The notes under the pieces: model-generated | The model's database searches: none | Told to the model about the DNA's origin: nothing | The model's input: the letters and a program-made list of their open reading frames with translations, nothing else | NCBI GenBank assembly: GCA_942491955.1 | Contig: CALOCV010000015.1 | Location: forward strand, 47,762 to 111,761 | Origin: Parachlamydiales bacterium | GTDB lineage: Bacteria > Chlamydiota > Chlamydiia > Chlamydiales > CALOCV01 | Length of the DNA stretch: 64,000 nt | Direction of reading: 5' to 3' | Part shown: positions 8,994 to 19,437 of the stretch, one piece after another | Layout of the letters: each line of letters begins with the position of its first letter | How positions within the stretch are numbered: the stretch's first letter is position 1 | Program-made: the position numbers and the translations under genes

Positions 8994-10223
8994 ATGATTC
9001 GTCTTTTACGCAGCCTTCTAAGCCCTATCATTAGTATCGCTCTGCTGATGTTTGGGATGGGCTTTTTTATGAGTTTTTTAAGTCTTTCTCTCAATCAGCA
9101 AGGGTATGCCGATCGCATTGTTGGATACATCCAAGCTGCGTTTTTCTTTGGTGTTATGATAGGAGCCCTTTATGTAGAGAGACTGATTCGACGGATTGGG
9201 CACATTCGTGCCTATGCCACTTTTGGCAGTATCTGTGGTGCTTCGGTCCTTATGCAGGGGATTATTCCCTCGTTTTGGGTGTGGATGGCTGCTCGTTTTT
9301 TTACAGGTCTCTCTTCAGCTGGAATCTGGATTTGTATCGAGAGTTGGCTAATGGAGATGAGCACAACGCAGACTCGGGGTAGGGTTCTTGCCGTCTATAT
9401 GATCGCCTTTTATTTTTCTCAGGCAAGCGGGCAATTTATCCTTGATTGGGTCGATCAGACATCACTCATTCCATTTCTCGTAGCAGGTTTATTGGCTATG
9501 ATTTCTGTGGTTCCCGTTTCCCTCACCCGCTACCCCTCTCCAGTAGTGACAGAGCCAACGATTCCCAATATATTTCACATTTTTTCCATCTCTCCTTTGG
9601 GTGTCAGTGGTTGTTTTCTTGCAGGATGGTTGCTTAGTGGGATTTATAGTTTTACTCCCATTTTTGCAAGGGATATGGGTCTCTCTGTCCCTCTTGTTAT
9701 GAGCGTAACCATTATGGGGGGAATGGTATTGCAATGGCCGATCGGGAAGCTTTCGGATATCTTTGATCGGAGAACGATTCTTGTCCTTGCGAGTCTTATT
9801 TTGGTGATTCCTAGTTTCTTGATTTTTCTGTTTCCCCATCAAGAATCTTTCGTTCTCGTATTCTCCTTCCTATTAGGGGGATTGAGTTTTACTCTTTATC
9901 CATTGAGCATCACACAAGTTTGCGACCATTTCGAAGCGCATAATATCACAGCCATTACGGGTATTCTTTTATTGGCATATGGAGCGGGGTCGAGTACTGG
10001 ACCTCTATTGGCTCCCTTGTTCATACAACCTTTTGGATCGGAATTTTTGTATATCTATCTCTCGTTAATTAGTCTGTTACTTGCGGCCATTGGTATGGCC
10101 TCGATTCTCTTTGGGAAAGCGATTCCTCAAGAAGAACAGCAAGAGTATGTTCCATTACCGAGTAGTGGGACAGCCGCTTTTGAGCTCGATCCCCGTTTTG
10201 GTGACGATTCACCTGATGAATGA
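8994..10223 (+). CDS. MFS-family transporter
   Basis: 409 aa, about 12 hydrophobic segments. MFS-like loop motif between TM2 and TM3 (ERLIRRIGHIR). Confidence 0.85.
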   Translation: MIRLLRSLLSPIISIALLMFGMGFFMSFLSLSLNQQGYADRIVGYIQAAFFFGVMIGALYVERLIRRIGHIRAYATFGSICGASVLMQGIIPSFWVWMAARFFTGLSSAGIWICIESWLMEMSTTQTRGRVLAVYMIAFYFSQASGQFILDWVDQTSLIPFLVAGLLAMISVVPVSLTRYPSPVVTEPTIPNIFHIFSISPLGVSGCFLAGWLLSGIYSFTPIFARDMGLSVPLVMSVTIMGGMVLQWPIGKLSDIFDRRTILVLASLILVIPSFLIFLFPHQESFVLVFSFLLGGLSFTLYPLSITQVCDHFEAHNITAITGILLLAYGAGSSTGPLLAPLFIQPFGSEFLYIYLSLISLLLAAIGMASILFGKAIPQEEQQEYVPLPSSGTAAFELDPRFGDDSPDE

Positions 10224-11012
10224 GATCGGAGCGATTGGATTCGTCAAGAAAGCGACAAGCAGAAGGAGGAACAACGTAAAGGCAATGACACGGACCTGTT
10301 GGGGAAAGGCAAGTTTTGCGATTTGAGGATGAGAAGAAGGCATGGGGGCATTCGTTGTTGGTGGAGTCATCATCCCGTGTTTGATCCCTTTGCGAACCAT
10401 CCAGGAATTAATGGGATAGGTCGTCATCGAACCGACGATCGTTGCCAGTGACATAATCGCCCAAAAATAGGGAGTAAAAGGGTTATCGCCTTCTGGAAGA
10501 AAATGCATGCCGATGACCATGATCGGAATCATTCCTACCATGACCATGTTCATGGAAGCAAATTCGACAAAAAACGTTTTTCTAACGGCCATCCAATAGT
10601 CTCCTTGGAACATGGATAGCATGAAGAGGGCTTGGAAGAGGAAGAGACCAACAATGAATGCCGAACCGTATTCAATGAGTAAATCGATTCCATTCGGCAG
10701 TCCAAAGTGGTAGACAACGGCAGCTGAGAGGATGATGCCCGTTGCATCGCCAGCAACGCAATGGACTAGGGAGCCAACGGTTTGTTTCCAATGTGCTTGG
10801 ATGTAGACATCATGTGTTTTGGGGAGAGGTTGTCGGCATGTGAGTAGATAGACGAATAGGCCGATGGGTCCGGTATAGGCAATGACGAGGATCCAGGCGA
10901 GTTTCATTACCCAGAGGGTTGGGGTATTGAAAAAAAGATCCCATATGACAAAGATAAGAGAGCCGAGGGTAAGGATGTACCAAAGAATCAAGGCACCGAG
11001 TAAAAAATCCAT
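10209..11012 (-). CDS. Integral membrane protein, DUF4396-like
   Basis: 267 aa, multi-TM. The conserved-looking HCVAGDATG motif is typical of that family (recalled, not searched). Confidence 0.55.
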   Translation of the reverse strand: MDFLLGALILWYILTLGSLIFVIWDLFFNTPTLWVMKLAWILVIAYTGPIGLFVYLLTCRQPLPKTHDVYIQAHWKQTVGSLVHCVAGDATGIILSAAVVYHFGLPNGIDLLIEYGSAFIVGLFLFQALFMLSMFQGDYWMAVRKTFFVEFASMNMVMVGMIPIMVIGMHFLPEGDNPFTPYFWAIMSLATIVGSMTTYPINSWMVRKGIKHGMMTPPTTNAPMPSSHPQIAKLAFPQQVRVIAFTLFLLLLVAFLTNPIAPISFIR

Positions 11013-11070
11013 ATTTCTCCTGATAAAAAGATTGGTATTTTTCCTTTCTTCCCTGTACCGTCAATAGCAT

Positions 11071-11490
11071 ATGCTCAGAATTCTTTTCTTACTTTTTTTT
11101 GTATGTTTGTTTCTCCACAGTGAAGAGGGCGTCAAAAATTCCAAACCTTTTCCTGAAGGAGTTCCAGTTGCAGAAAAGTGGCTCCAGCTCCTAGATCAAG
11201 GGCAATATGCAAAAAGTTGGGAGGAAGCCTCTTCAGAGCTGCAATCCAATGTTACCCAGGAGCAATGGGTTTTTGCTCTTGAGACCGTTCGGGGTCCATT
11301 AGGGCATGTTCTTTCCAGGGAATTTATCGATAGTCAGTGGGATGTCGACCAGGAAGGAGAGTGGAGCAAAGAGACTTTAGTTCTTAAATTTCTTACCACC
11401 TTTGCTGAGGCGAAAGAGGTGGATGAACAAGTTTCTTTGGTTCGGTATGGAACAAGAGAATGGAAAGTTCTCGGATACCACGTCGATTAG
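11071..11490 (+). CDS. Secreted DUF4019-like protein
   Basis: Signal peptide MLRILFLLFFVCLFLHS. Pattern LDQGQYAKSWEEAS...QEQWVFALETVRGPLGHVLSREF. Confidence 0.6.
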   Translation: MLRILFLLFFVCLFLHSEEGVKNSKPFPEGVPVAEKWLQLLDQGQYAKSWEEASSELQSNVTQEQWVFALETVRGPLGHVLSREFIDSQWDVDQEGEWSKETLVLKFLTTFAEAKEVDEQVSLVRYGTREWKVLGYHVD

Positions 11491-11556
11491 CCTGATATCT
11501 GAATATCGGCAGTTCTGGTATACTCGCTCTTTAGCGCTTTTATTTTTAAGGATATT

Positions 11557-13308
11557 ATGAATCATTTTGTCAAAATCGTTTTTTGTTGTTTTCTTACCCT
11601 TTCATCAATTCTTATTAGCGACGACGCCTCTCTTTCGTATTCCAAGCGAAAGATGGTGGGAGATTTGGAGTTCATTGCTAATACTTTTGATGTGCTATAT
11701 GCACCAAAGGATTGGAAAAGAAGTTATTCAGGATGGGATCTTGATGAGGAATCGCAACATGCGAAACAAGAAATTCTCTTTCATCCCAATCCAAAAACAA
11801 AGGATTTTTATCGCGTCATCAACCGCTTTATTCGTTCGACAAAAGACTATCATTGTGCTGTTGTCTACTTCTCAACAGAGGGTGCCTCTCTCCCTTTCCG
11901 TGTGAAAGGCCTCAAAGGAAAGTACTATTTCATCTATATTGATCGAGCGCGTCTTCCTAACGAAGTCTTTCCTTTTGAACTTGGCGATGAGCTCATATCT
12001 TTTAATGGGACACCGACAGATGTTGTTGTTCAGCGCCTTAAAGAAGAAGAGTGGCATTCCAATAATCCCGAAACCGATCAGACATTTTCCGAAAGGATGC
12101 TAACAGAGCGAATGGGATACTTAGGACATTTTGTTCCTCAAGGTTCGGTAAACATCGAAGTGCTTGTGCACAAAACAGGTCGAATTTCCTCTTACCAACT
12201 TGCATGGGAGTACCACCCAGAGCTTGTTAGAAATCCTCTTGATCGGGAGGAATGGAAACCCAAAAGTCTTGCCCCTATAGCCAAGAAAAAAGAGGAAGAC
12301 CTTTCCTCACAACGGCCCCTTTCTGTGAAGAATCGTAGAGTTTGTACGCCGCTTTTCTGTACACAAGAACGCCATCTTCGACGCATTGAAAAAGAGCCAG
12401 GCTTTTTAGGGAGTCGGAAAAGTCTACTGCCTCCGCTTGGAGAGGTTATGTGGGAATCTTCTGACGACCATTTCTTCCACGCCTATCTATTTCAAACAGG
12501 AGAACAGGGTCCTCTAATCGGTTATGTACGCATACCGAGTTATGATGGAAGTCATGACCAGCTCGAGGAATTTGGACAAATCATGAATTTTTTTGAACAG
12601 TATGCCAGTGCCGTTGTGATCGATCAACTCGATAATCCAGGGGGCAGTGTATTTTATCTCTATGCCCTAGCTGCAACGTTGACGGATAGGCCTTTGTTAA
12701 CGCCGAAACACCGCGTTTCCATTACCCAAGAAGATGTTTTGTACGCATTTACGGCCCTTCCCGTATGGGAGGCCATTGAATCCAATGAAGAAGCGGTTAA
12801 CTTTTTTGGAGAAACGTTTGACGGATACCCCGTCACCTATCAACTTGTTCGCTTTCTTATCGACTACAACCGCTTCATTATTGACCAGTGGAATCAAGGA
12901 AATTTATTGACCGATCCTCATCATTTGGAAGGAGTGGATCAGATCAATCCACACCCACGGTATCGATTCACAAAACCCATTATCATGCTCGTGAATGAAG
13001 ATTGTTTTTCTGGAGGTGATTTTATGCCTGCAATCTTACAAGACAATCAACGGGCGACGATCTTTGGAAAAAAAACGGCTGGAGCTGGAGGCTATGTTCT
13101 CGACGTTGCATTCCCCAATCGGTGGGGTATTGCTCTTATTGGAGTTACGGGATCGATTGCAGAGAGAATTGACAAAAAGCCGATAGAAAATTTGGGCGTA
13201 AAGCCCGATATTCCCTATGAGCTCGATGAAGAAGATCTCGTTAATGGTTACCAGGGCTATGTTTGTGCTGTGCATCAGGCGTTAGATGCCATGCTTGGTA
13301 AAAATTGA
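11557..13308 (+). CDS. CPAF-like (chlamydial protease-like activity factor) S41-family serine protease
   Basis: 583 aa with signal peptide. S41-type motifs VIDQLDNPGGSV and CFSGGDFMPAILQDNQRATIFGKKTAGAGGYV, resembling the CPAF catalytic-Ser region. Confidence 0.75.
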   Translation: MNHFVKIVFCCFLTLSSILISDDASLSYSKRKMVGDLEFIANTFDVLYAPKDWKRSYSGWDLDEESQHAKQEILFHPNPKTKDFYRVINRFIRSTKDYHCAVVYFSTEGASLPFRVKGLKGKYYFIYIDRARLPNEVFPFELGDELISFNGTPTDVVVQRLKEEEWHSNNPETDQTFSERMLTERMGYLGHFVPQGSVNIEVLVHKTGRISSYQLAWEYHPELVRNPLDREEWKPKSLAPIAKKKEEDLSSQRPLSVKNRRVCTPLFCTQERHLRRIEKEPGFLGSRKSLLPPLGEVMWESSDDHFFHAYLFQTGEQGPLIGYVRIPSYDGSHDQLEEFGQIMNFFEQYASAVVIDQLDNPGGSVFYLYALAATLTDRPLLTPKHRVSITQEDVLYAFTALPVWEAIESNEEAVNFFGETFDGYPVTYQLVRFLIDYNRFIIDQWNQGNLLTDPHHLEGVDQINPHPRYRFTKPIIMLVNEDCFSGGDFMPAILQDNQRATIFGKKTAGAGGYVLDVAFPNRWGIALIGVTGSIAERIDKKPIENLGVKPDIPYELDEEDLVNGYQGYVCAVHQALDAMLGKN

Positions 13309-13438
13309 CGGAAGCATTGGTTCAAAACGCGCATTCGTTTAGAGTAGAGTTAACAAGAAAACAGGATCTACAGAATCGACTTCATCGTGATCCTCTATTT
13401 CTTTCTATAAGGTTTCAACGTGTATAGGATGGTGGGGC

Positions 13439-15427
13439 ATGCAGCCTTTGATTTTCCAAGATGTCGCTGTTATTCTTCTTCTCTCGGTGGGCGTTCTCTT
13501 TCTTTGTCACCGCCTTCACATCCCATCTCTTGTCGGGTTTCTCATTACAGGCATTGCAGCAGGACCTGATGGGTTAAAACTCGTAGGGACGACAGAAAAC
13601 GTTAAAGTATTAGCGGAAACAGGTGTTATTCTTCTTCTGTTTAGTATCGGGATGAATTTTTCGATTCGAAAATTGTTTGATCTCAAACGTTTTTTCTTCA
13701 TTGGGGGTCCACTACAAGTTCTATTGACGGCATCCATTGGATTTCTTGCTGCACAGGTGATCGGCAGGCCGTTTGGAGAATCGATTTTTTTAGGATGGTT
13801 GATTTCGCTAAGTAGTACTGCGATTGTCTTGACTCTATTGGAAGAGAAAAAAGAGTTGTCAACTCCTCAAGGGAATGTGGCAACCTCTGTTCTTATTTTT
13901 CAAGATGTTGCTGCTGTATTAATGATCTTGTCGACGCATTTTCTTGTTGGAGAAAAGTCGATCGTTTTTTCGCCTGAAATTTTTGTGGATCTGGGAAAGG
14001 GACTACTACTCCTTATCTTTGTCTTTTTTGCTTCGGAGAAAATGGTTCCTTGGCTTCTATACCATGTTGTACGAACCCGTATTCGAGAGCTTTTTCTTTT
14101 TACCGTACTCTCCCTTTGTTTTGCTGTTGCATGGCTCGCTTCTTTCGTGGGTCTCTCTCTGTCGATTGGGGCTTTTTTGGCGGGATTAACAATTTCTGAG
14201 ACGGAGTATAGCAATGAGGCAGTAGGGGATATTCGCCCTTTACAAGCCCTGTTCACCAGTTTCTTTTTTATTTCCATAGGGATGTTATTAGATTTTGACT
14301 TTGTCATTCGCTATCCCATGCTCATTTTTCTTTTAGCGGCAGGTGTCATTTTTTTAAAAATCGTGGTTTGTTTTCTTGCAATGATTTTCATCGGATTACC
14401 CATTCGTATTGCTGTGACTGTGGGTTTTTTCCTTGCTCAAGTAGGAGAATTTTCCTTTGTACTTGTCGAATCGGGTATTGCGGCAGGTATAGGAACCGAT
14501 TACCACTATCAGCTTTTTCTGGCTGTTGCATTGTTGACGATGCTCGTTTCTCCCTTGTTGATCGCGCTAGCGCCACATGTAGGACGCTACATCTCCCAAT
14601 GGAAATATTGGCCTGAAAAGATCAAAACGGGAATCACAACATTTCCCAAGGGGAGTATTCCTCTTTTTGATCGTGCTCATGTCATTATTGTCGGTTATGG
14701 TCCTTGTGGTGAGTATTTAGCAAGAGCGTGCCGAATTGCTCAAGAGCCTTATGCCATTTTAGAAATGGACCCACACATTGTACGAAGAGAGAAAAGGAAA
14801 GGAGAGAAAATTTTCTTTGGGGATGCAACGCATGAAAATGTTTTGCACAGTGTTCATATACAAGATGCGGGTGTTCTTGCTGTGTTAGTTGATGAGCTGG
14901 CTGTTGCGCAATGCCTTGTTCGAATGGCAAGGCAAATCAATCCAAAGCTCTATATTGTTGTTCGCATGCGCTCGATGGAAAAAATGAAGATGATGCTCGA
15001 TCTAGGAGCTGACGATGTGATACCCGATGAATTTGGCACGTCCGTCGAGATTTTTACACGCGTGATGAAACATTGTCATGTTCCTGATGAGGAAATTTCC
15101 GCTTTCGTGAACGAAATCCGAGAAGAAGGGTATGAAATTTTACGACCACTTCATCAAAAGCGTTTTCTAGCCGATATCAACCTTGTTTCCACTGAATTAG
15201 AGATTGAAGCTTTTCGGATTCGAGAGGGTTCTTTTCTCTGTGGAAAAAGTTTAGAAGAGGCTTCTTTTCAAAGGACACACCGCATTCACGTGGTGATGGT
15301 AAAACGAAAAGGGGTAGTATTCTCGCAGCTAGATCCAAGTTTAGTCTTAGAAGAGCGTGATATCCTGATCGTTGTAGGAACAAAAGAACGCTTACGAGAA
15401 TTCGCTGAATACTTATACCAATCCTAA
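13439..15427 (+). CDS. CPA2 (Kef-type) monovalent cation:proton antiporter with C-terminal RCK (TrkA-N/TrkA-C) domains
   Basis: 662 aa. About 12 TM N-terminal domain, Rossmann-like VIIVGYGPCG, and a TrkA-C-like C-terminus. Confidence 0.9.
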   Translation: MQPLIFQDVAVILLLSVGVLFLCHRLHIPSLVGFLITGIAAGPDGLKLVGTTENVKVLAETGVILLLFSIGMNFSIRKLFDLKRFFFIGGPLQVLLTASIGFLAAQVIGRPFGESIFLGWLISLSSTAIVLTLLEEKKELSTPQGNVATSVLIFQDVAAVLMILSTHFLVGEKSIVFSPEIFVDLGKGLLLLIFVFFASEKMVPWLLYHVVRTRIRELFLFTVLSLCFAVAWLASFVGLSLSIGAFLAGLTISETEYSNEAVGDIRPLQALFTSFFFISIGMLLDFDFVIRYPMLIFLLAAGVIFLKIVVCFLAMIFIGLPIRIAVTVGFFLAQVGEFSFVLVESGIAAGIGTDYHYQLFLAVALLTMLVSPLLIALAPHVGRYISQWKYWPEKIKTGITTFPKGSIPLFDRAHVIIVGYGPCGEYLARACRIAQEPYAILEMDPHIVRREKRKGEKIFFGDATHENVLHSVHIQDAGVLAVLVDELAVAQCLVRMARQINPKLYIVVRMRSMEKMKMMLDLGADDVIPDEFGTSVEIFTRVMKHCHVPDEEISAFVNEIREEGYEILRPLHQKRFLADINLVSTELEIEAFRIREGSFLCGKSLEEASFQRTHRIHVVMVKRKGVVFSQLDPSLVLEERDILIVVGTKERLREFAEYLYQS

Positions 15428-15496
15428 TATACCCAAACAACTTCAAGAATTGGGTTTATGGCTTTGAAAAAAACCCGGATCAGTTGTTTGGGTATA

Positions 15497-15658
15497 ATAC
15501 CAATTCCGGTAAGAAAGTGCACAAATTGATCTTCATCTTTCTTTGCGCAATCTGTTTTTCTATCTTGCAAACTCACAAGAGTTTGCTGCGATCTCCAAAA
15601 CAAATTTCGCAAAAAAATCCTGAATCCACTTTATGCATTTTCTTACCGGAATTGGTAT
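15497..15658 (-). mobile_element. MITE-1 copy B (inverted orientation)
   Basis: Full-length reverse complement of copy A with both TIRs. Abutted on the left by a ~67-bp palindromic unit atacccaaacaact...agttgtttgggtat (15429-15495). Confidence 0.85.
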
Positions 15659-15851
15659 AAAGTGGAGTGCGAAGGCCCTGCCTTCGCGTTCTTCGCGTTG
15701 AATAGACTCTGGATTTTTTGTAGCCAATCCGTTAACCTTCTCTTGTGTCAGGAGTTTCTTTTGAAAAGATCAGCTTGAACGAATTCTTCTGAGTTTTGCT
15801 TATCAAGCTCAGAAAAAAGTTCCCTCACATCTCCAGAAAAATAAAAACAGA

Positions 15852-16784
15852 GTGATCGTTCTAGCAGGGCCTACCGCTGTTGGAAAGAGTGATTTTGCGA
15901 TCGAAATCGCTAAAAAAATCGAAGGAGAGGTGATCTCCGCCGATTCGATGCAAGTCTATCGGGGAATGGATATTGGTACAGCAAAAGTCGATCCCGTCGT
16001 GCGCTTGGAAGTTCCTCATCATCTACTCGATATTCGAAATCCCAGTGAGCCTTTCAATGTCGTCGATTTCTACTACGAAGCTCGACACGCGTGTCAAGAA
16101 ATACTGAATCGGGGAAGTGTTCCAATCATTACCGGAGGATCGGGATTTTATCTCCATGCATTTATCTATGGCCCTCCAAGTGGCCCTCCTTCCATTCCAG
16201 AAGTACGAGAAAAGCTCGAGAAAGAATGGGAGAAATGGGGCGCTGAATTTCTCTTTTCACGGCTTAAAAAAATCGACCCCGCCTATGCAAAAACCATCAC
16301 TCTTCACGATCGCCACAAGGTGATCCGTGGCCTTGAAATCATTGAGTTAACAGGAAAACCGGTTAGCTACCTTCCTTGGAGCGAGCGGCGAAGACCTCAA
16401 AATTATGATTTTCGTTGTTGGTTTCTCCATCGTCCGCGAGAAAGCCTCTACCAACGGATCAATGCTCGTTGCGATGCCATGCTAGAAGCTGGTTTTTTGC
16501 AAGAAGTGGAAGAGTTATTGGAAAAAAACATAGAAGAAAATCCTTCTGCAGCACAAGCGATTGGCTATCGTCATGCTATTGCTTATTTGCGAAGCGAACA
16601 GGGGCCCGAGGCTCATGCGGCATTTGTCCGTGAGTTCAAGCGAAGCTCGCGCCAATATGTCAAAAAACAACTGACATGGTTCCGGAATAAAAAAGAGGCT
16701 ATCTTCCAGTGGCTGGATCTTGATTTGCATGACAATGAAGTGGCTCAAGAAATGGTCATTAACGATTATTTTGAAACGCGCTAA
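15852..16784 (+). CDS. miaA: tRNA dimethylallyltransferase MiaA (start uncertain; frame open upstream to 15765)
   Basis: P-loop GPTAVGKS, ISADSMQVYRGMDIGTAK, and GGSGFYL motifs. Confidence 0.9.
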   Translation: MIVLAGPTAVGKSDFAIEIAKKIEGEVISADSMQVYRGMDIGTAKVDPVVRLEVPHHLLDIRNPSEPFNVVDFYYEARHACQEILNRGSVPIITGGSGFYLHAFIYGPPSGPPSIPEVREKLEKEWEKWGAEFLFSRLKKIDPAYAKTITLHDRHKVIRGLEIIELTGKPVSYLPWSERRRPQNYDFRCWFLHRPRESLYQRINARCDAMLEAGFLQEVEELLEKNIEENPSAAQAIGYRHAIAYLRSEQGPEAHAAFVREFKRSSRQYVKKQLTWFRNKKEAIFQWLDLDLHDNEVAQEMVINDYFETR

Positions 16785-16882
16785 GAATGTGATTGGGGCG
16801 TGTCATCAATCGTCTAAGAACCTGTCTTCACACTTCAAATGGCATCTCACGTTATCGGATTTGATGATAAGTCGTGTTCAGC

Positions 16883-16988
16883 TTTTCTATCTTGCAAACT
16901 CACAAGAGTTTGCTTCGATCTCCAAAATAAATTTCGCAAAAAAAAATCTTGAATCCAAGATATCTTATTATGTCTTTCCGCTGGCATC
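16883..16988 (-). mobile_element. MITE-1 truncated copy (one end missing)
   Basis: ttttctatcttgcaaactcacaagagtttgcttcgatctccaaaataaatttcgcaaaaaaa... matches the core and one arm only. Confidence 0.6.
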
Positions 16989-17423
16989 TTTTTTTCTAGT
17001 CATTGGTATTACTTTTTGTTTTTATTTTTCTATATCTCTTTGATAGTGATCTTTGTTCGAATGAATAGGATTCAATTTGATAAAAAAGATCTTGATTCAG
17101 TTGTCAAGAAAAGAAAATTGATTTATGATGCTTGTAAAAATATTTACCATTCAAAACCATATAAGGTTTTTGATAAATAATTGACTTGCAATGAGTTTTT
17201 CTCTGCACAATTCTTTCCCCTCGGGGGAGGAAAACTTACCTTAAAAACGATGCAAATAGAGAAAAATAAAATTTTGCAACGTTTCAATGAGACATCTTCT
17301 CATGAAGAATCTTCAAACCCCATCTGTGCCCCATATTGTGCTTAAACAAACGAATTATTCTCCCTTTTGTTGTGTTTAAGTGTGATCTAAGGTACAGATA
17401 GGGTTCAATCCATACCAATGTGA

Positions 17424-19046
17424 ATGGGTGATTTGATGACAACACAGTCAGAAAAAATAGTAATTTTAACAGAAGAACCAACACCATCTTCCTTATCAAC
17501 AGAAGAACCAAAAACCATCGTAATTCCTGAATTAGATGAAAAATTAAACTCTCTACAAACCGATGATGAATGTGTGGAAACCATTCTTCAATTTATGGAG
17601 CATATTATCCGCCAAAAAGGCGCCCCCAAAATAAAATGGTTTTGGGAGGCAAAAAAACGGTGTGCGCACCTCCTCAAAACCGGAAAAATTGGCCCCCGTT
17701 CGGCTCTTTTTTGGAGTCAATATGTCGATCTCACTAAAGAGGCACATGCTGTAAAAAATTTTCTTGAAGAACAAGGTCGGTTTCATGCCGACCAAATCGA
17801 AAAAGCCATTGCAGCTATTGAAAAAGGGATAGAAGAAAAAGAATCTCTTATCCTCCAAACACCCGTTTTTTCCGACGGAGAATTCCCACAAGTTCTCGAT
17901 CGTATCGATGTTTATCGAAATCGACAAAGAGAACTCAATATCTTGAACGCTTTTGCAAGCCGAATCCATGATATTCGAAAAGAACTGATCAAGACCGAAA
18001 TGCGTCTTCGAAAAAAAAATCTCTTTTTTCAACGTCTTTCTCAATTAGGAGATCAAGTTTTTCCACCTAGGAAAGAGAAAATTAAAGAACAAAGTAATCA
18101 TTTTGAAGAAGATGTAAAATCGTTTTTTAATGAATACTTTTCTCAATCTCAGGACTCCTCTCCACTCTATTTTCTTCGAGAGCAAATAAAAGCCCTGCAA
18201 ACCTTCGCCAAAGTAATTACCCTCAATACACGCGCATTCAATGCGTCTCGCTCTCTTTTGAGCCAATCGTGGGATATTCTTTCGCAAAGAGAGAAGGCAT
18301 TCCGAAAAGAACGAGCTGTGTTGCGACAAACGTCTAAAGCACATCGTCAAGAAATTGAAACCCACCTTCAAGCGATCTTCGATCATCAAGGACGCGAGGG
18401 ATTTTCTCCAGAACGTGCCCTCGATCAAATCGAACATATCGCAAAAGAGATGAAAAATATCGAACTTGAACATCATGATGTCAAGGCTTTGAAAGAGCAA
18501 ATGTATGCTCTTCGTCAACCCTATTTCGAAGAATTAAAAGAAAGAGAAGTAAATCGGAAAAAAGAACTGGAAAGGGAGAAAAAGCGGAAAGAGCAAGAAA
18601 AGAAGGCATTTCAAACCATGCTTTCCAATCTCTGCCAAGAAGCCCCAGATTTTTCTCTTGAAGATCTAAAAAAGCAGTTGAATGATATACGAAAGTCCAT
18701 GCAGAAACTTTCGCTTCAGCCCACGGAACAAAGAGAGTTTCTTTACTCTTTAAAACGCATCGAAGAGATTGTTTTAGATAAAACCGAACAAGAGATCCTT
18801 TCCGATGATGATCGGGAAGCTCTTGACACCTATCGGAAACTTTTACAAGAGCGATCACGGCGGCGTCAAGAAGTGAAAAATCAAGTCGAAGAACTTCGCC
18901 GCGCAGCGGGAAGCTCGGGGCTTGATTTTGCACAGGCTATGCAATACCAACAACAATTGCAAGAAGAGCGTGAACGATTAGAAAAGATGGAAGAAGGGAT
19001 TGTTGAGATGGAAAAAAAGATCGAAATCCTTCAACAAAACGTCTGA
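17424..19046 (+). CDS. Hypothetical Lys/Glu-rich coiled-coil protein
   Basis: 540-aa ORF with strongly charged heptad-like sequence and no enzymatic motifs. Confidence 0.6.
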   Translation: MGDLMTTQSEKIVILTEEPTPSSLSTEEPKTIVIPELDEKLNSLQTDDECVETILQFMEHIIRQKGAPKIKWFWEAKKRCAHLLKTGKIGPRSALFWSQYVDLTKEAHAVKNFLEEQGRFHADQIEKAIAAIEKGIEEKESLILQTPVFSDGEFPQVLDRIDVYRNRQRELNILNAFASRIHDIRKELIKTEMRLRKKNLFFQRLSQLGDQVFPPRKEKIKEQSNHFEEDVKSFFNEYFSQSQDSSPLYFLREQIKALQTFAKVITLNTRAFNASRSLLSQSWDILSQREKAFRKERAVLRQTSKAHRQEIETHLQAIFDHQGREGFSPERALDQIEHIAKEMKNIELEHHDVKALKEQMYALRQPYFEELKEREVNRKKELEREKKRKEQEKKAFQTMLSNLCQEAPDFSLEDLKKQLNDIRKSMQKLSLQPTEQREFLYSLKRIEEIVLDKTEQEILSDDDREALDTYRKLLQERSRRRQEVKNQVEELRRAAGSSGLDFAQAMQYQQQLQEERERLEKMEEGIVEMEKKIEILQQNV

Positions 19047-19062
19047 TTTTCACGGACTTTAA

Positions 19063-19103
19063 TCGAAAATGTCCCCATATTTATAATACGGGGGCATTTT
19101 CGA
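19063..19103 (+). terminator. Strong hairpin downstream of 17424-19046 (possible terminator)
   Basis: 14-bp stem tcgaaaatgtcccc / ggggcattttcga with a 13-nt loop, 17 nt after the stop codon. The trailing U-tract is weak (tcgtttg). Confidence 0.45.
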
Positions 19104-19437
19104 TCGTTTGATCCCCGGAATTTTCTCTTTGCCAGAAACCAATTCTTGAAGTTGGCGGTGGTGAACCCAAATTTTGATTCACCTGATAATCAAAAGTTTG
19201 TTAAGCTGTCTGCATAACTATTTGGTATAAGAACGATCTAACGATAGACACGATGTAGAAAATTGGAATGGAAGAGACTAGAAAGAATCCGAATTTAGCT
19301 CATTTCAAGTATGAAGACAGGTTCTTAGATGTGGAATAATACCAAATAGGGTCCAGAATAGTTACGGATAGGATTCAATCTCCCCGTGACGCGAAAAAGG
19401 CGTTTGTGGTATACCCACGTTAATATGAGGTGGTATT

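Noticed and set aside
16720-17043. 107-aa plus-strand ORF after miaA
   Set aside because: It overlaps the miaA 3' end, then runs through an IS-end repeat and a truncated MITE. It has no coding features.
17194-17225. ttgact...cacaat sequence as a sigma-70-type promoter for the 17424 gene
   Set aside because: The -10 element is poor, and chlamydial promoter consensus is too loose to call from sequence alone.
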